39,670 bases of DNA. It comes from an uncultured Chitinophaga sp. Lineage in GTDB: Bacteria > Bacteroidota > Bacteroidia > NS11-12g > UBA9320. A program made the position numbers and the translations under genes. Location: NCBI GenBank assembly GCA_964355045.1, contig CAYHCM010000004.1, positions 16,474 to 56,143 of the forward strand. The letters run 5' to 3'. Shown piece after piece: positions 8,794-18,762 of the stretch. Numbering within the stretch: the first letter of the stretch is position 1; each line of letters opens with the position of its first letter. The notes below the pieces were generated by a model, which had not been told where the DNA came from, made no database searches, and worked only from the letters and a program-made list of their open reading frames with translations.

Positions 8794-9933
8794 ATGAACA
8801 CAATAAAGAAATATCCGTTTAATATAATTGCAGCATCAGTGTTGGTGTGCCTCAGTTTAATTATCGCGCTTCTTTACGTTGGCCAACATATTATTTTTCC
8901 AATACTACTTGCTATGCTTTGTGCCATTTTATTAAGGCCGGTGGTAAAGTTCTTTAATAAAAAATTAAAATTTCCGTACGTATTGGCCGTAGCATTCACG
9001 GTTTTTTTATCCGTAATTTTTATAGCAGGCATCGTGCTTTTTGTTTCATGGCAAATAGGTGATATAGCCAATGATTGGAATAAAATAAAAACGAATGTAG
9101 CTGTCCATAGTCATAATATTCAACATTGGATTAAGCAGAGTTTTCATATCAGTTATACCGATCAGGACAAGTATATAAAACAGGCTACTAAGGAATCACT
9201 AAGCAACACTACATCCAATGTCGGAAATACATTGAGCAGTTTTACCGATGCCCTGATGAATCTTATTCTGATTCCTATTTATACGTTTCTTTTGCTTTTG
9301 TACCGCGACTTGTTTGTCGGATTTTTGTTCAAATTATTTAGTAAAGAGCATCATCAAAAACTAAATGACATTTTGAATAATGTTAAAATAGCAATTCATA
9401 GTTATTTAACCGGCTTGCTTACCGAGATGACTATTGTGGCATCATTAACCAGCATTGGGTATATGATTGTGGGGGTTCAATATGCCCTTTTGCTGGGAGT
9501 AATTACAGGTATATTAAATTTAATTCCTTATGTGGGTATTACCATCGCCGGATTACTCAGCATAGTTGCTACTTTGGGCGGCTCCACCGATCTTTCAATA
9601 ATAGTAGGAGTAGTAATTGTGAACGTGGTAGTTCAATTTTTTGATAACAATATTTTAGTACCGATGGTGGTAAGTTCAAAGGTAAAAATAAACGCATTTG
9701 TTTCTTTGGTGAGTATTATTACCGGTGGCGCCATTGGTGGAGTAGCCGGAATGTTTTTAGCCATTCCTATAATTGCTATTATAAAAGTTATTTTCGACCG
9801 TATTGAATTTTTGGAACCCTGGGGATATGTGATGGGTGATAATTTAAAGCAATCTCAAAAAGTTATTAAAATTAAAATACCTTTTTTAAAACGGGGGAAA
9901 CGTATTGGGAAAAAGGAAGATAAAGCCGGTTAA
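8794..9933 (+). CDS. AI-2E family transporter
   Basis: LNLIPYVG, QFFDNNILVP, GMFLAIP motifs; multiple TM segments; start at 8794 or 8758. Confidence 0.92.
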   Translation: MNTIKKYPFNIIAASVLVCLSLIIALLYVGQHIIFPILLAMLCAILLRPVVKFFNKKLKFPYVLAVAFTVFLSVIFIAGIVLFVSWQIGDIANDWNKIKTNVAVHSHNIQHWIKQSFHISYTDQDKYIKQATKESLSNTTSNVGNTLSSFTDALMNLILIPIYTFLLLLYRDLFVGFLFKLFSKEHHQKLNDILNNVKIAIHSYLTGLLTEMTIVASLTSIGYMIVGVQYALLLGVITGILNLIPYVGITIAGLLSIVATLGGSTDLSIIVGVVIVNVVVQFFDNNILVPMVVSSKVKINAFVSLVSIITGGAIGGVAGMFLAIPIIAIIKVIFDRIEFLEPWGYVMGDNLKQSQKVIKIKIPFLKRGKRIGKKEDKAG

Positions 9934-9980
9934 TGGGAGTGAATAGTATTAAAACCAATATCGTTAAGTTAAGCTTTGTT

Positions 9981-10064
9981 GATCCTGAAAGGGTACTATG
10001 TTTAAAGCGAATTAACAAGTGTATGCTATTGTTTTTATTATAAAAATGAGATTCCTTCGGAATC
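9981..10064. repeat. Degenerate inverted REP-like doublet, each copy a GAA-triloop hairpin
   Basis: GATCCT-GAA-AGGGT...ATGTTTAAA on plus and GATTCC-GAA-GGAATC...ATTTTTATA on minus; 16/26 identical. Confidence 0.5.
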
Positions 10065-10151
10065 TTTCTTTAACTAAACGACATTGGATTTATAAGCTAA
10101 CATCTCACACAAGTTACTTTGGTAGAAACAAGGATTGGAATAGTAAATGAT

Positions 10152-11183
10152 ATGGCAAAGAAGAAAATAACAGCAACCGAAGGGTTCAATGAAATACTGC
10201 TTTACACCACCCCAAATGGGAAAGTAAAAGTTGAGATTTATTTACAAAACGAAACCATCTGGCTTACCCAACAAAAGATTGCCAACTTATTTGGAGTGGA
10301 CAGAAGTGTGGTAACAAAGCATTTAAAAAATATTTTTGAGACCAACGAACTCAACCCGGATTCAGTATGTGCAAAAATTGCACATACTGCCATTGACGGA
10401 AAAACCTACCCTACACAATTCTATAATCTGGATGCTATCATTTCCGTTGGTTATCGTGTAAACAGTACTAAGGCAACCGCGTTTCGTATTTGGGCTACCG
10501 AACGATTAAAGGAATACATCATCAAAGGCTTTACCATGGATGATGAACGACTGAAAAATCCCAATAGCATTTTCGGAAAAGATTATTTTGAAGAACAACT
10601 TGCACGTATCCGTGATATCCGGAGTAGTGAAAGAAGATTTTATCAAAAAATAACTGATATTTATAGCCAATGCAGTGCGGATTATTATTTAGAAATACAA
10701 AGCACAAAAGATTTTTTTGCAACGGTTCAAAACAAATTGCATTGGGCCATAACAGGGCAAACCGCAGCCGAATTAATAGCCTCAAGGGTGGACAGTGAAA
10801 AAGAAAACATGGGCCTTAGCGCCTGGAAAAATGCACCCAAAGGAAGTATTAGGAAAACCGATGTGGGAATTGCAAAAAATTATTTGAACGAAAAAGAATT
10901 GGATGGACTGAACCGCATTGTAACCATGTATTTGGATTATGCCGAAAGTCAGGCATTAAGAGGAGTTGTGATGTATATGAAAGATTGGATTGAGAAATTA
11001 GATGCGTTTTTACAATTTAATGAATCCGCAATACTTCAACATCAGGGCAAGGTATCACATGAAGTGGCATTGGCACTGGCCGAAAAAGAATTTGAGAACT
11101 ATCGTACTGTGCAAGATAAATTATTGGAAAGTGATTTTGATAAAGCACTAAAGAAATTGAAAAAAACAGGTTCCCAAAGTTAG
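10152..11183 (+). CDS. Virulence RhuM family protein (putative DNA-binding)
   Basis: ETIWLTQ, YNLDAIISVGYRVNS, FRIWAT, RIRDIRSSERRFYQK, QNKLHWAITGQTAAE. Confidence 0.93.
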   Translation: MAKKKITATEGFNEILLYTTPNGKVKVEIYLQNETIWLTQQKIANLFGVDRSVVTKHLKNIFETNELNPDSVCAKIAHTAIDGKTYPTQFYNLDAIISVGYRVNSTKATAFRIWATERLKEYIIKGFTMDDERLKNPNSIFGKDYFEEQLARIRDIRSSERRFYQKITDIYSQCSADYYLEIQSTKDFFATVQNKLHWAITGQTAAELIASRVDSEKENMGLSAWKNAPKGSIRKTDVGIAKNYLNEKELDGLNRIVTMYLDYAESQALRGVVMYMKDWIEKLDAFLQFNESAILQHQGKVSHEVALALAEKEFENYRTVQDKLLESDFDKALKKLKKTGSQS

Positions 11184-11368
11184 TTCTTCCTATTGTTTTA
11201 TCCCTTTCTAATAGTGCTGATGTTTCAATATTACATGAAGGTATTAATCTGAAACAAATCAGAACTAATGATTCGTTTGCTAACCAACGTTTATTGGTAG
11301 GCGGTTAGTTCAAAATTTCAAGTTGTCTCAAAAGGTTTTGTTATTGGCTTGATTATGGATGATAATTA

Positions 11369-12073
11369 TTAAACTTTTTGTCCAACTTCTGCAATTCCCA
11401 TCCCCAAATCAATCATCCCGTCTATCATTCTCACCACGCGTTTGGCTCTTCGGGCCACTTCTTCTTCATGAGTTACCAATACAATCGTGTTGCCTTTTTT
11501 ATGTATTTCATCAAAAAGGTCTAATATTTCGCTTGAACTTTTACTGTCGAGGTTTCCGGTAGGTTCATCCGCAAGAAGTATGGATGGATTATTTACCAAA
11601 GCACGGGCTATGGCTACCCTTTGGCGTTGCCCACCCGAAAGCTCGTTGGGGCGGTGGTGCATCCTGTCATTAAGCCCTACGGAAGTCAATGCTCTTTCGG
11701 CTCTTTCCAGGCGTTCTTTTTTGGAAATGCCGGCGTAAATAAGGGGTAAAGCCACATTTTCCAGAGCATTCATACGCGGTAGCAAATTAAAAGTTTGAAA
11801 CACAAACCCAATTTCCTTGTTTCGTATTTCGGCCAATTCGTTGTCGTTCATTTTAAATACTTCAGTACCGTTAAGAATGTATGTACCTGAAGTAGGGGAG
11901 TCAAGGCAACCGATAATATTCATTAGGGTAGATTTTCCACTTCCCGATGGCCCCATCAAGGCCACATATTCGCCACGATTTATTATGCAATTCAGATTTT
12001 GCAAGGCAAAAACTTTCTGATTGCCCATGACATATATTTTTTCGATGTTTTTTAATTGAATTATCAATTCCAT
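11369..12073 (-). CDS. ABC transporter ATP-binding protein (LolD/MacB-type)
   Basis: [27 protein letters not shown]. Confidence 0.95.
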   Translation of the reverse strand: MELIIQLKNIEKIYVMGNQKVFALQNLNCIINRGEYVALMGPSGSGKSTLMNIIGCLDSPTSGTYILNGTEVFKMNDNELAEIRNKEIGFVFQTFNLLPRMNALENVALPLIYAGISKKERLERAERALTSVGLNDRMHHRPNELSGGQRQRVAIARALVNNPSILLADEPTGNLDSKSSSEILDLFDEIHKKGNTIVLVTHEEEVARRAKRVVRMIDGMIDLGMGIAEVGQKV

Positions 12074-12092
12074 CTTTTTACATTTTTATAAT

Positions 12093-12200
12093 ACACACCC
12101 CTAACCCCTCTCGAGAGGGGAATTTCACCCGCAACATTGTATAATCTTCAAATTTCCAAATCTTCAAATCCTGAATTTCAATTTTCCAATTTCAATTTCC
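12093..12200 (+). repeat. REP-like palindrome followed by an octamer tract
   Basis: ACACACCCCTAA then perfect palindrome CCCCTCTCGAGAGGGG (12105-12120); AATCTTCA/AATTTCCA units from 12143. Confidence 0.8.
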
Positions 12201-12935
12201 ACCTTTATTCAACTTCCTAAACTCCGCATCAATAATACTAAAAACTTCGTCTTTCAGGGCATCCTTGTCTTCCAAATTTAGACCAACCGTATTTACGGCA
12301 CGATGAACCACCATCCTGATTCTTCCCGGAATAAGTCCGTTATCCAATCCACCACCGGGCATTTTTTTCCAATTATCAGGTAAAGTTATAGGAATAATCG
12401 GAATTTGATTATCAATAGCCAACCGAAAAGCTCCGTTTTTAAATTTTGCCATAGGCGGTACATTTTTATGAATTCCACCTTCAGGAAAAATCATGACACT
12501 TGTTCCTTCGTTGAGTCTTTGGGCTGCCAATATAAAAGCATAATGCGATTCCCTGTTATTTTTTCGGTTTACTGAAATATCAATGGTCCTGAAAAAAATA
12601 CCAAACACCGGAATCCGTGATAATTCATCTTTGGCCATATAATTAAAATAATTGGGCAAAAGCATATTGGTAAGTACAATGTCGAGGTAGGAAAAATGAT
12701 TGGCGCAAAAAATATATGTTTTATTTTTATCCAACTTTTCCTCATATCGAATAGATGGAAAAATACCTGAAGGATACAAAACACAATATGCCCAAACTTT
12801 CCGAAGATTATGTGCCGCAGGATACCACTTTTTTCGAGATAGCAGAATACGGAATGGAATATAAAGTATGATAAAAACTACAATGAAAAATATGAGAAAC
12901 CAAACAGCCCATGCCAATCGAAATAGTTTAAACAT
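12192..12935 (-). CDS. plsC: 1-acyl-sn-glycerol-3-phosphate acyltransferase
   Basis: NHFSYLD (HX4D), FPEG, FKNGAF. Confidence 0.88.
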   Translation of the reverse strand: MFKLFRLAWAVWFLIFFIVVFIILYIPFRILLSRKKWYPAAHNLRKVWAYCVLYPSGIFPSIRYEEKLDKNKTYIFCANHFSYLDIVLTNMLLPNYFNYMAKDELSRIPVFGIFFRTIDISVNRKNNRESHYAFILAAQRLNEGTSVMIFPEGGIHKNVPPMAKFKNGAFRLAIDNQIPIIPITLPDNWKKMPGGGLDNGLIPGRIRMVVHRAVNTVGLNLEDKDALKDEVFSIIDAEFRKLNKGGN

Positions 12936-12942
12936 ACAATTA

Positions 12943-13347
12943 TCAAGCTTGATTAATAAAATTTTTTATTTGACCAACCATATAGTCAGCCAGATTTTGC
13001 AATGGTTTGGTGGCCACCATGCGCATCATAATATTGAGGTCGGCATTTATAATAATCTTTACTTTACTATTATTACCTTCCGGTTCAATCTGCCATTCTA
13101 AAAAAAGATCTACGGGAGGTTTGCCTTCAGGAACAATTTTTATATACGAATTTGGCCGGGTTTCATCTTTTTTAAGGTGTAATGTACCCAAGCCCTGAAT
13201 TTTCATTTTTACTTCATCTTCGGTACTCCACCATTCCGAAACCTGTGATGGCATTAATTTTTGGTAATTATTAAGGTTGCTTAAAAAAGTAAATACTTTT
13301 TCCTGACTTTGTTCAACCGGTTCAAAATTGCTTTCTATTTGTGTCAT
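12943..13347 (-). CDS. SRPBCC/CoxG-like family protein
   Basis: VFTFLSNLNNYQKLMP...LNIMMRMVATKPLQN pattern. Confidence 0.75.
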   Translation of the reverse strand: MTQIESNFEPVEQSQEKVFTFLSNLNNYQKLMPSQVSEWWSTEDEVKMKIQGLGTLHLKKDETRPNSYIKIVPEGKPPVDLFLEWQIEPEGNNSKVKIIINADLNIMMRMVATKPLQNLADYMVGQIKNFINQA

Positions 13348-13862
13348 ATCAGTTTGTCGGAGCGGGTATAAACAAAGGCCGTAACAAATATAGAAACCAA
13401 TAATCCAATAAGAACAGATTCAATTACACTTGGAATTAAAAAACCGCCGGGTGTTAGTTGCTGATGGATACCTTTGAGCGCATTTGCAATATTGATAGTT
13501 GAATCTTTTTGGCTTTCGGCAAACTTTATAAATTGCTCTTTCGAAAATTGTTCAGGCTTAACAAGCATTTTGGGAAAACCAAAATACATTATGCAAAAAC
13601 CGATAAAATAAACAAGTCCGTTAATGAGCGAAACAATAAAACCTGTAAACATACAGCGCATAAAGCTAATTACATTCCCATTAATTTTTTTGGCAGCAAT
13701 TATTGCAAAAATTACACAAATACCTAATACGGATCCACAAAATATCCTGAAAAGTAAATTGTTTTCGCGCAGGATATATAATTCTTTATCGTAATAAAAA
13801 TAAAGAAAAGCAGAAGTTAGCAAGCCGCTGACAACTCCTAAAATACCATATATTTTGTTCAT
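13344..13862 (-). CDS. DUF4199-like membrane protein
   Basis: Four TM segments and ISFMRCMFTGF motif. Confidence 0.7.
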   Translation of the reverse strand: MNKIYGILGVVSGLLTSAFLYFYYDKELYILRENNLLFRIFCGSVLGICVIFAIIAAKKINGNVISFMRCMFTGFIVSLINGLVYFIGFCIMYFGFPKMLVKPEQFSKEQFIKFAESQKDSTINIANALKGIHQQLTPGGFLIPSVIESVLIGLLVSIFVTAFVYTRSDKLI

Positions 13863-13885
13863 GCCTTAATATTAAAATAAGGCTG

Positions 13886-13893
13886 CAAAACTA
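13886..13893 (-). promoter_or_regulatory. -7 promoter element (TAGTTTTG)
   Basis: TAnnTTTGC upstream of the ATG at 13862. Confidence 0.6.
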
Positions 13894-13914
13894 ACTAAAA
13901 AAAATCAGTGGATT

Positions 13915-14256
13915 TTATTCCTGTTCCGAATGGTTTTCTGAATTGTTTTCTAAATTCTCGGGTGGCATTTCTTCACGGTCACGACGGAACTCATCAAAAT
14001 TATATTCAGGCATCAAATCGGTTTTTACATAATTCACCGTTTCCTGAAAGGCTTCCATAAATTTATTGAAATCTTCTTTGTACAGGAAAATCTTATGCTT
14101 GATATACATGCCGTCTTCCGGCCTTTTCTTGCTCTCCGTTATGGTAATGTAGTAATCATTGCCACGTGTTGCCTTCACATCAAAAAAATAAGTTCTTTTA
14201 CCGGCCTTTACTTTTTTTGAAAATACTTCATTGCCATCTCTTGTCGAATCGTACAT
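13915..14256 (-). CDS. DUF3276 / PUR-family nucleic-acid-binding protein
   Basis: FSKKVKAGKRTYFFDVK...KHKIFLYKEDF; ATG at 14256. Confidence 0.92.
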   Translation of the reverse strand: MYDSTRDGNEVFSKKVKAGKRTYFFDVKATRGNDYYITITESKKRPEDGMYIKHKIFLYKEDFNKFMEAFQETVNYVKTDLMPEYNFDEFRRDREEMPPENLENNSENHSEQE

Positions 14257-14486
14257 ACGCTCTTGTTTCTTTAAATAATGACTGCAAAAAACAGGATAAA
14301 TTTGATTATCACAACACTTCACAATTAATTTATTCAGCAATTAAGGTAAATAGCTGTAAATCAAATTCTTTATTTATTTGCCGGATTTCTGACTTTTTCA
14401 AAATCATATTAATTTTCAACATCCGATATGTTGGTAATAAAATAGAGTGAATAGAAAGTGATAAAAAGATAATTTAGAAAAAGTAG

Positions 14487-14494
14487 TATTTTTG
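14487..14494 (+). promoter_or_regulatory. -7 promoter element (TATTTTTG)
   Basis: TAnnTTTG ending 20 nt before the ATG at 14515. Confidence 0.6.
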
Positions 14495-14514
14495 TCCGGT
14501 TAGTAAAAAACTTA

Positions 14515-15615
14515 ATGATAGATATAAAAGAAAAGACAGGATTGCATGATGCACGAATTTTTGGCCCGATGAGTGAGTTTGAGCACGAACAGGTAATGCT
14601 GTGTCAGGATAAGTCAACCGGATTAAAAGCTATAATAGCAATACACAATACCATTTTAGGACCCGGCCTGGGCGGAACACGATTTTTCAACTATCATTCA
14701 GAAAACGATGCTTTGAGGGATGTTCTCCGTTTGTCGCGCGGCATGACATACAAGGCTGCAATTACAGGACTTAATTTAGGGGGAGCTAAAGCAGTCATTA
14801 TTGGGGATCCTCACACGTTAAAATCCGAAGGATTATTCCGTAAATTTGGACGGTTTATTGAAAACCTGAATGGTAAATACATTACTGCTGAAGATGTAGG
14901 AACTACCACCCGTGATATGGAATACATAAGCATGGAAACAAAACATGTGGTTGGACTACCCGAAATTAAAGGCGGCGGCGGCGATCCATCTCCTGTAACA
15001 GCTTATGGCGTTTTTATGGGAATGAAAGCCTCAGCAAAATTTGTGTATGGCAGCGATTCATTAAAAGGCAAAACAATAGCCGTGCAAGGTATTGGAAAAG
15101 TTGGTTTTCATTTGGTGGAACATTTATACAAAGAAGGAGCCAAAATCTATGTTTCGGATATCAATGATTCACAATTGCAAAAAGCAGCCAAAGAATTCGG
15201 AGCAATTGTAATTGATGGAAATGATTTATTCGATTTGAATGTTGACATTTTTGCACCGTGTGCAATGGGTGCCGTGCTAAATACGGATACTATAAATAGA
15301 TTAAAATGTTCAATAGTTACAGGTGCAGCCAACAATCAACTTGAACATGAAGATGAACATGGACCTATGTTAAAAGAAAAGGGAATTGTTTATGCCCCTG
15401 ATTTTTTGGTAAATGCCGGAGGACTTATTAATGTTTATTCCGAGCACATAGGATACAATAAAGCAATAGCATTAGGTCAGGCTGAAAATATTTATGATAC
15501 TACGCTTGAAATTTTGAAGAAGGCTGATAAGGAGGGTATTCATACACAAAAAGCGGCCATAATGCTTGCCGAAAACAGGCTTAGACAAATGAAAAACGTA
15601 AAATCAACCATTTGA
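14515..15615 (+). CDS. Glu/Leu/Phe/Val dehydrogenase (leucine dehydrogenase-like)
   Basis: GPGLGGTR, GGAKAV, AEDVGT, GIGKVG, GAANNQL, APDFLVNAGG. Confidence 0.94.
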   Translation: MIDIKEKTGLHDARIFGPMSEFEHEQVMLCQDKSTGLKAIIAIHNTILGPGLGGTRFFNYHSENDALRDVLRLSRGMTYKAAITGLNLGGAKAVIIGDPHTLKSEGLFRKFGRFIENLNGKYITAEDVGTTTRDMEYISMETKHVVGLPEIKGGGGDPSPVTAYGVFMGMKASAKFVYGSDSLKGKTIAVQGIGKVGFHLVEHLYKEGAKIYVSDINDSQLQKAAKEFGAIVIDGNDLFDLNVDIFAPCAMGAVLNTDTINRLKCSIVTGAANNQLEHEDEHGPMLKEKGIVYAPDFLVNAGGLINVYSEHIGYNKAIALGQAENIYDTTLEILKKADKEGIHTQKAAIMLAENRLRQMKNVKSTI

Positions 15616-16238
15616 AATACTTCCCTAAACTAACCTTTGCATTATTGATGGTATTTCTTTGCCTTATAAGTAATGCGCAAAATACCACAAACCGATATAG
15701 AATATTTATGGGTGTGGGTAATACCAATTCCATAGCCGATTTTGTAACCTTAACCGACAAATCGTTTATGGGTGAGCTAAGCGGACAACTTAGATTTGGC
15801 ATTAGGCTGGCTGATAATTATGAATTAAATTTTGGGGTTTATGGTCGTAAATATCCCGATATATCGAAATACCCCGGCATGTCGTACAATAAATTTTTAG
15901 GATACTCAGGAGCTTTTATGTATGAATTCAGAAAACCGGACAGTCGCTGGGGATTACCTTTCGGCATTGAGGCGATAAAATTTGAAAGAAATTTGGATTC
16001 TACCTTTAGGTCAGGAGGAGTTGATTCAGTTTATTTTGATCATTATAGTGCTTTATCTTATGGCCCTAAAATAGGGGTGAGGTGTCATTTTGGAAAATAC
16101 TTTTTTATAGAAGCTGAAGTTGAAATATTATATGAAAAATTTAAATGGGAAATAGATTGGTATGATAAAAATTTAATTGAAGCCAACAGCTTTACAAGTT
16201 TCAAGTTTATTGGCATTTCGGCCAACTTAGCTTTTTAA
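15612..16238 (+). CDS. Putative outer-membrane beta-barrel protein
   Basis: Signal peptide ending SNA-Q, alternating aromatic strands, C-terminal Phe. Confidence 0.65.
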   Translation: MKYFPKLTFALLMVFLCLISNAQNTTNRYRIFMGVGNTNSIADFVTLTDKSFMGELSGQLRFGIRLADNYELNFGVYGRKYPDISKYPGMSYNKFLGYSGAFMYEFRKPDSRWGLPFGIEAIKFERNLDSTFRSGGVDSVYFDHYSALSYGPKIGVRCHFGKYFFIEAEVEILYEKFKWEIDWYDKNLIEANSFTSFKFIGISANLAF

Positions 16239-16250
16239 GTAATTTATTGA

Positions 16251-17717
16251 ATGACCAACAAGGGAATATTCCGGAATGAGATATTTTATCTATCCCTTTT
16301 AAGCACATTTATTTTAAGTCTTTTTGTGTATTACGCAGTTATTTCGCCCGGTTGCGAGGGGGGAATGGACAGCTATAATCATTATTTAATTTCCAGATAC
16401 AGTTGGAAATATCCTCATCTTTTACTCGATCAGTGGGGAAAACCGTTATATACAATCCTTGCCTCTCCTTTTGCCAATTCAGGATTTTTAGGGGTAAAAA
16501 TATTTAATATTATTTTATGGATATCATCGGCTTGGCTAACATGGATTACCCTTAAAAAACTGAAAATAAGCAATGCATGGGTTGGTTTTATACTTGTAAT
16601 TATTCCGCAGGTTTCTGTTCAAAATTCAATTTCAGGACTTACAGAATATTTGAATGAATTTTTATTGATTTTATTTTTGTTTCTGGCTTCCACAAAACGT
16701 TGGAATATGGCTGCTTTGGTTTGTGGTTTACTACCCTTTGCCCGCAGCGAGGGGTTTGTAATAATGGCAGCGGCAGGCTTTTATTTAGTGTTTATTGAAA
16801 AACAATACAAAAGTTTGCTTTGGTTTATAGCCGGTCCCGTTATTTTTAATATTTTCGGTTGGATAATAGAAGGCGACCCATTATGGGTTATTAGTCATAA
16901 CCCATATATTAAAGCTCAGGATTTGAATTTGAATCTTTGCGGAAATGGAAGTTTGTTTCATTATATTAAAAAAAATCATATTATTTTTTCGTTAGCAGGT
17001 TCGGTTTTAGTTTTTATCGGCACATTGTCGGCTTTCTTTTTTTATATAAAAACGTTTAGAGAAAAAGTTTTTTTACATAGATACATGCTATGGCTCACAG
17101 GTGGTATATTCTGGCTCTATTTTGGGATACATAGTTTTATATGGTGGAAAGGATTGATGGGAAGTTGCGGCTACGAACGTGTAATGATAGTAATTACACC
17201 TTTGATGGCTCTATTGGGAACATATGCCTTGCATATGCTTGTTTTAAATTTTTCGAAGTTTAAAAATTATTTAATGGGGATAATGATTCTTATGCTGATA
17301 ATCTCTACCCACCATTCCTATCGGTTTATAAAATATAATTTACCTATACCAATATCCGGCGAACAAAAAGAATTTGTAAAAGTGGCCAATTGGCTTAAAA
17401 CTATTGATTATAAAAATGGGATGACTTATCATTTATATGCCTACCTAAGTGTAATATCTGATATGGACCCTTATGATACAAAACATTTTACCGATTTGTG
17501 GAGTTTGGATTTTAATTATGCCCCGGTTGGAAGTTTGGTAATTTGGGACGGACATTTTGGCCCCAACGAATGCAGGCTACCCTTAGAAAAACTTCAAAAA
17601 CATCCCGATTTTGTACTTCTGAAATCATTTATTCCCGAAAAACCTTTTAAAACATTAAACAATTATGATTTTGAAGTTCATGTATTTAAAAGGGTTAAAA
17701 TTACAGGTGGAAATTGA
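16251..17717 (+). CDS. Polytopic membrane protein, probable GT-C (ArnT/PMT-like) glycosyltransferase
   Basis: GGMDSYNHYLIS loop, WGKP, LTE and RSEG motifs, many TM segments. Confidence 0.65.
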   Translation: MTNKGIFRNEIFYLSLLSTFILSLFVYYAVISPGCEGGMDSYNHYLISRYSWKYPHLLLDQWGKPLYTILASPFANSGFLGVKIFNIILWISSAWLTWITLKKLKISNAWVGFILVIIPQVSVQNSISGLTEYLNEFLLILFLFLASTKRWNMAALVCGLLPFARSEGFVIMAAAGFYLVFIEKQYKSLLWFIAGPVIFNIFGWIIEGDPLWVISHNPYIKAQDLNLNLCGNGSLFHYIKKNHIIFSLAGSVLVFIGTLSAFFFYIKTFREKVFLHRYMLWLTGGIFWLYFGIHSFIWWKGLMGSCGYERVMIVITPLMALLGTYALHMLVLNFSKFKNYLMGIMILMLIISTHHSYRFIKYNLPIPISGEQKEFVKVANWLKTIDYKNGMTYHLYAYLSVISDMDPYDTKHFTDLWSLDFNYAPVGSLVIWDGHFGPNECRLPLEKLQKHPDFVLLKSFIPEKPFKTLNNYDFEVHVFKRVKITGGN

Positions 17718-17729
17718 GCCCAATACCCT

Positions 17730-17737
17730 TACTTTTG
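17730..17737 (+). promoter_or_regulatory. -7 promoter element (TACTTTTG) for nusB
   Basis: TAnnTTTGC upstream of nusB. Confidence 0.7.
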
Positions 17738-17762
17738 CACCCCGTTTTAAAAATTAGTATTG

Positions 17763-18707
17763 ATGTTGAATAGGAGATTAATTCGTGTGAAGGTGCTGCA
17801 AGCTGTATATGCCTATCATCAGTCGGAAGTAAAAGATTTAAAATCGGCAAAATCATTTCTTAAAAAGTCAATAAACGGAATTGAAGACACATTTATCAAT
17901 GTTTTGCAATTTCCAAATGAGTTATTTCATTTTGTAAAAACTAATTATAATCCGGCCGATAAGCATTTAAAGGTTAAGGATGAAATAAATTCAGTTTTTA
18001 ATACCCTCTCCAAAAACTCTTGTCTGGATGAATTGATTACCAATCCAAAATCGAAAGAATTATTTACCATGCCTTCCATCAACTGGAACAAGGACAATGA
18101 TTTTTTATCTTTAATTTATAAGCAAATAGCTGAAACCGATTGGGTAAAACAATTGGCTGCCGATGATATTAACGACTTTGCAACCAACCGTGAATTTTTA
18201 TTAAAACTTTTTAAATATTTGATTGAAGCCTCCGATGATTTTAATATTAAATTGGAGGAAATAAATATTCATTGGCAGGATGAAAAAATCCCGGTGCTCA
18301 AATCCATTGAAAAACTCATAAAATCGTGTAACGAAGCCGGAGCAGATATTGAAGTGCCTGTAATATCAAAAGACCTGAATGATGACCTGGAATATTCCGA
18401 AAAATTGTTGGAACTCACTACTAAAAATCATAACACATACGAAGAACTTATAGGAAACAGGACTCCTGAATGGGATGCCGAACGCATAGCACGGATAGAT
18501 TTATTTATAATGATAATGGCTTTGGCCGAGTTTATGGAGTTTCCATCTATTCCTGTAAAAGTTACCATAAATGAATATCTGGAATTAGCCAAAATTTACA
18601 GCACACCGCAAAGTTCAAAATTTATTAACGGCATTCTCGATAAGCTTTTAAACGAACTTAAAAAAGATGGAAAGGTAAATAAGCACGGAAGAGGATTGGT
18701 TGAATAA
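17763..18707 (+). CDS. nusB: Transcription antitermination factor NusB (long Bacteroidota form)
   Basis: MLNRRLIRVKVLQ, IPVKVTINEYLELAK, FINGILD. Confidence 0.95.
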   Translation: MLNRRLIRVKVLQAVYAYHQSEVKDLKSAKSFLKKSINGIEDTFINVLQFPNELFHFVKTNYNPADKHLKVKDEINSVFNTLSKNSCLDELITNPKSKELFTMPSINWNKDNDFLSLIYKQIAETDWVKQLAADDINDFATNREFLLKLFKYLIEASDDFNIKLEEINIHWQDEKIPVLKSIEKLIKSCNEAGADIEVPVISKDLNDDLEYSEKLLELTTKNHNTYEELIGNRTPEWDAERIARIDLFIMIMALAEFMEFPSIPVKVTINEYLELAKIYSTPQSSKFINGILDKLLNELKKDGKVNKHGRGLVE

Positions 18708-18735
18708 TTGGAATACTATCAGAATTAGAAATTAT

Positions 18736-18743
18736 TATCTTTG
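18736..18743 (+). promoter_or_regulatory. -7 promoter element (TATCTTTG)
   Basis: TAnnTTTGC ending 19 nt before the ATG at 18763. Confidence 0.65.
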
Positions 18744-18762
18744 CACCCAAAAAAACAGAAAT

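Noticed and set aside
11279-11311. attC-like site (CTAAC...GTTAG) after the RhuM-family gene
   Set aside because: Too short, poor fit to RYYYAAC/GTTRRRY, single copy, and no integrase nearby.
17763-18707. Unusually long NusB
   Set aside because: A ~300-aa NusB is the normal Bacteroidota form.
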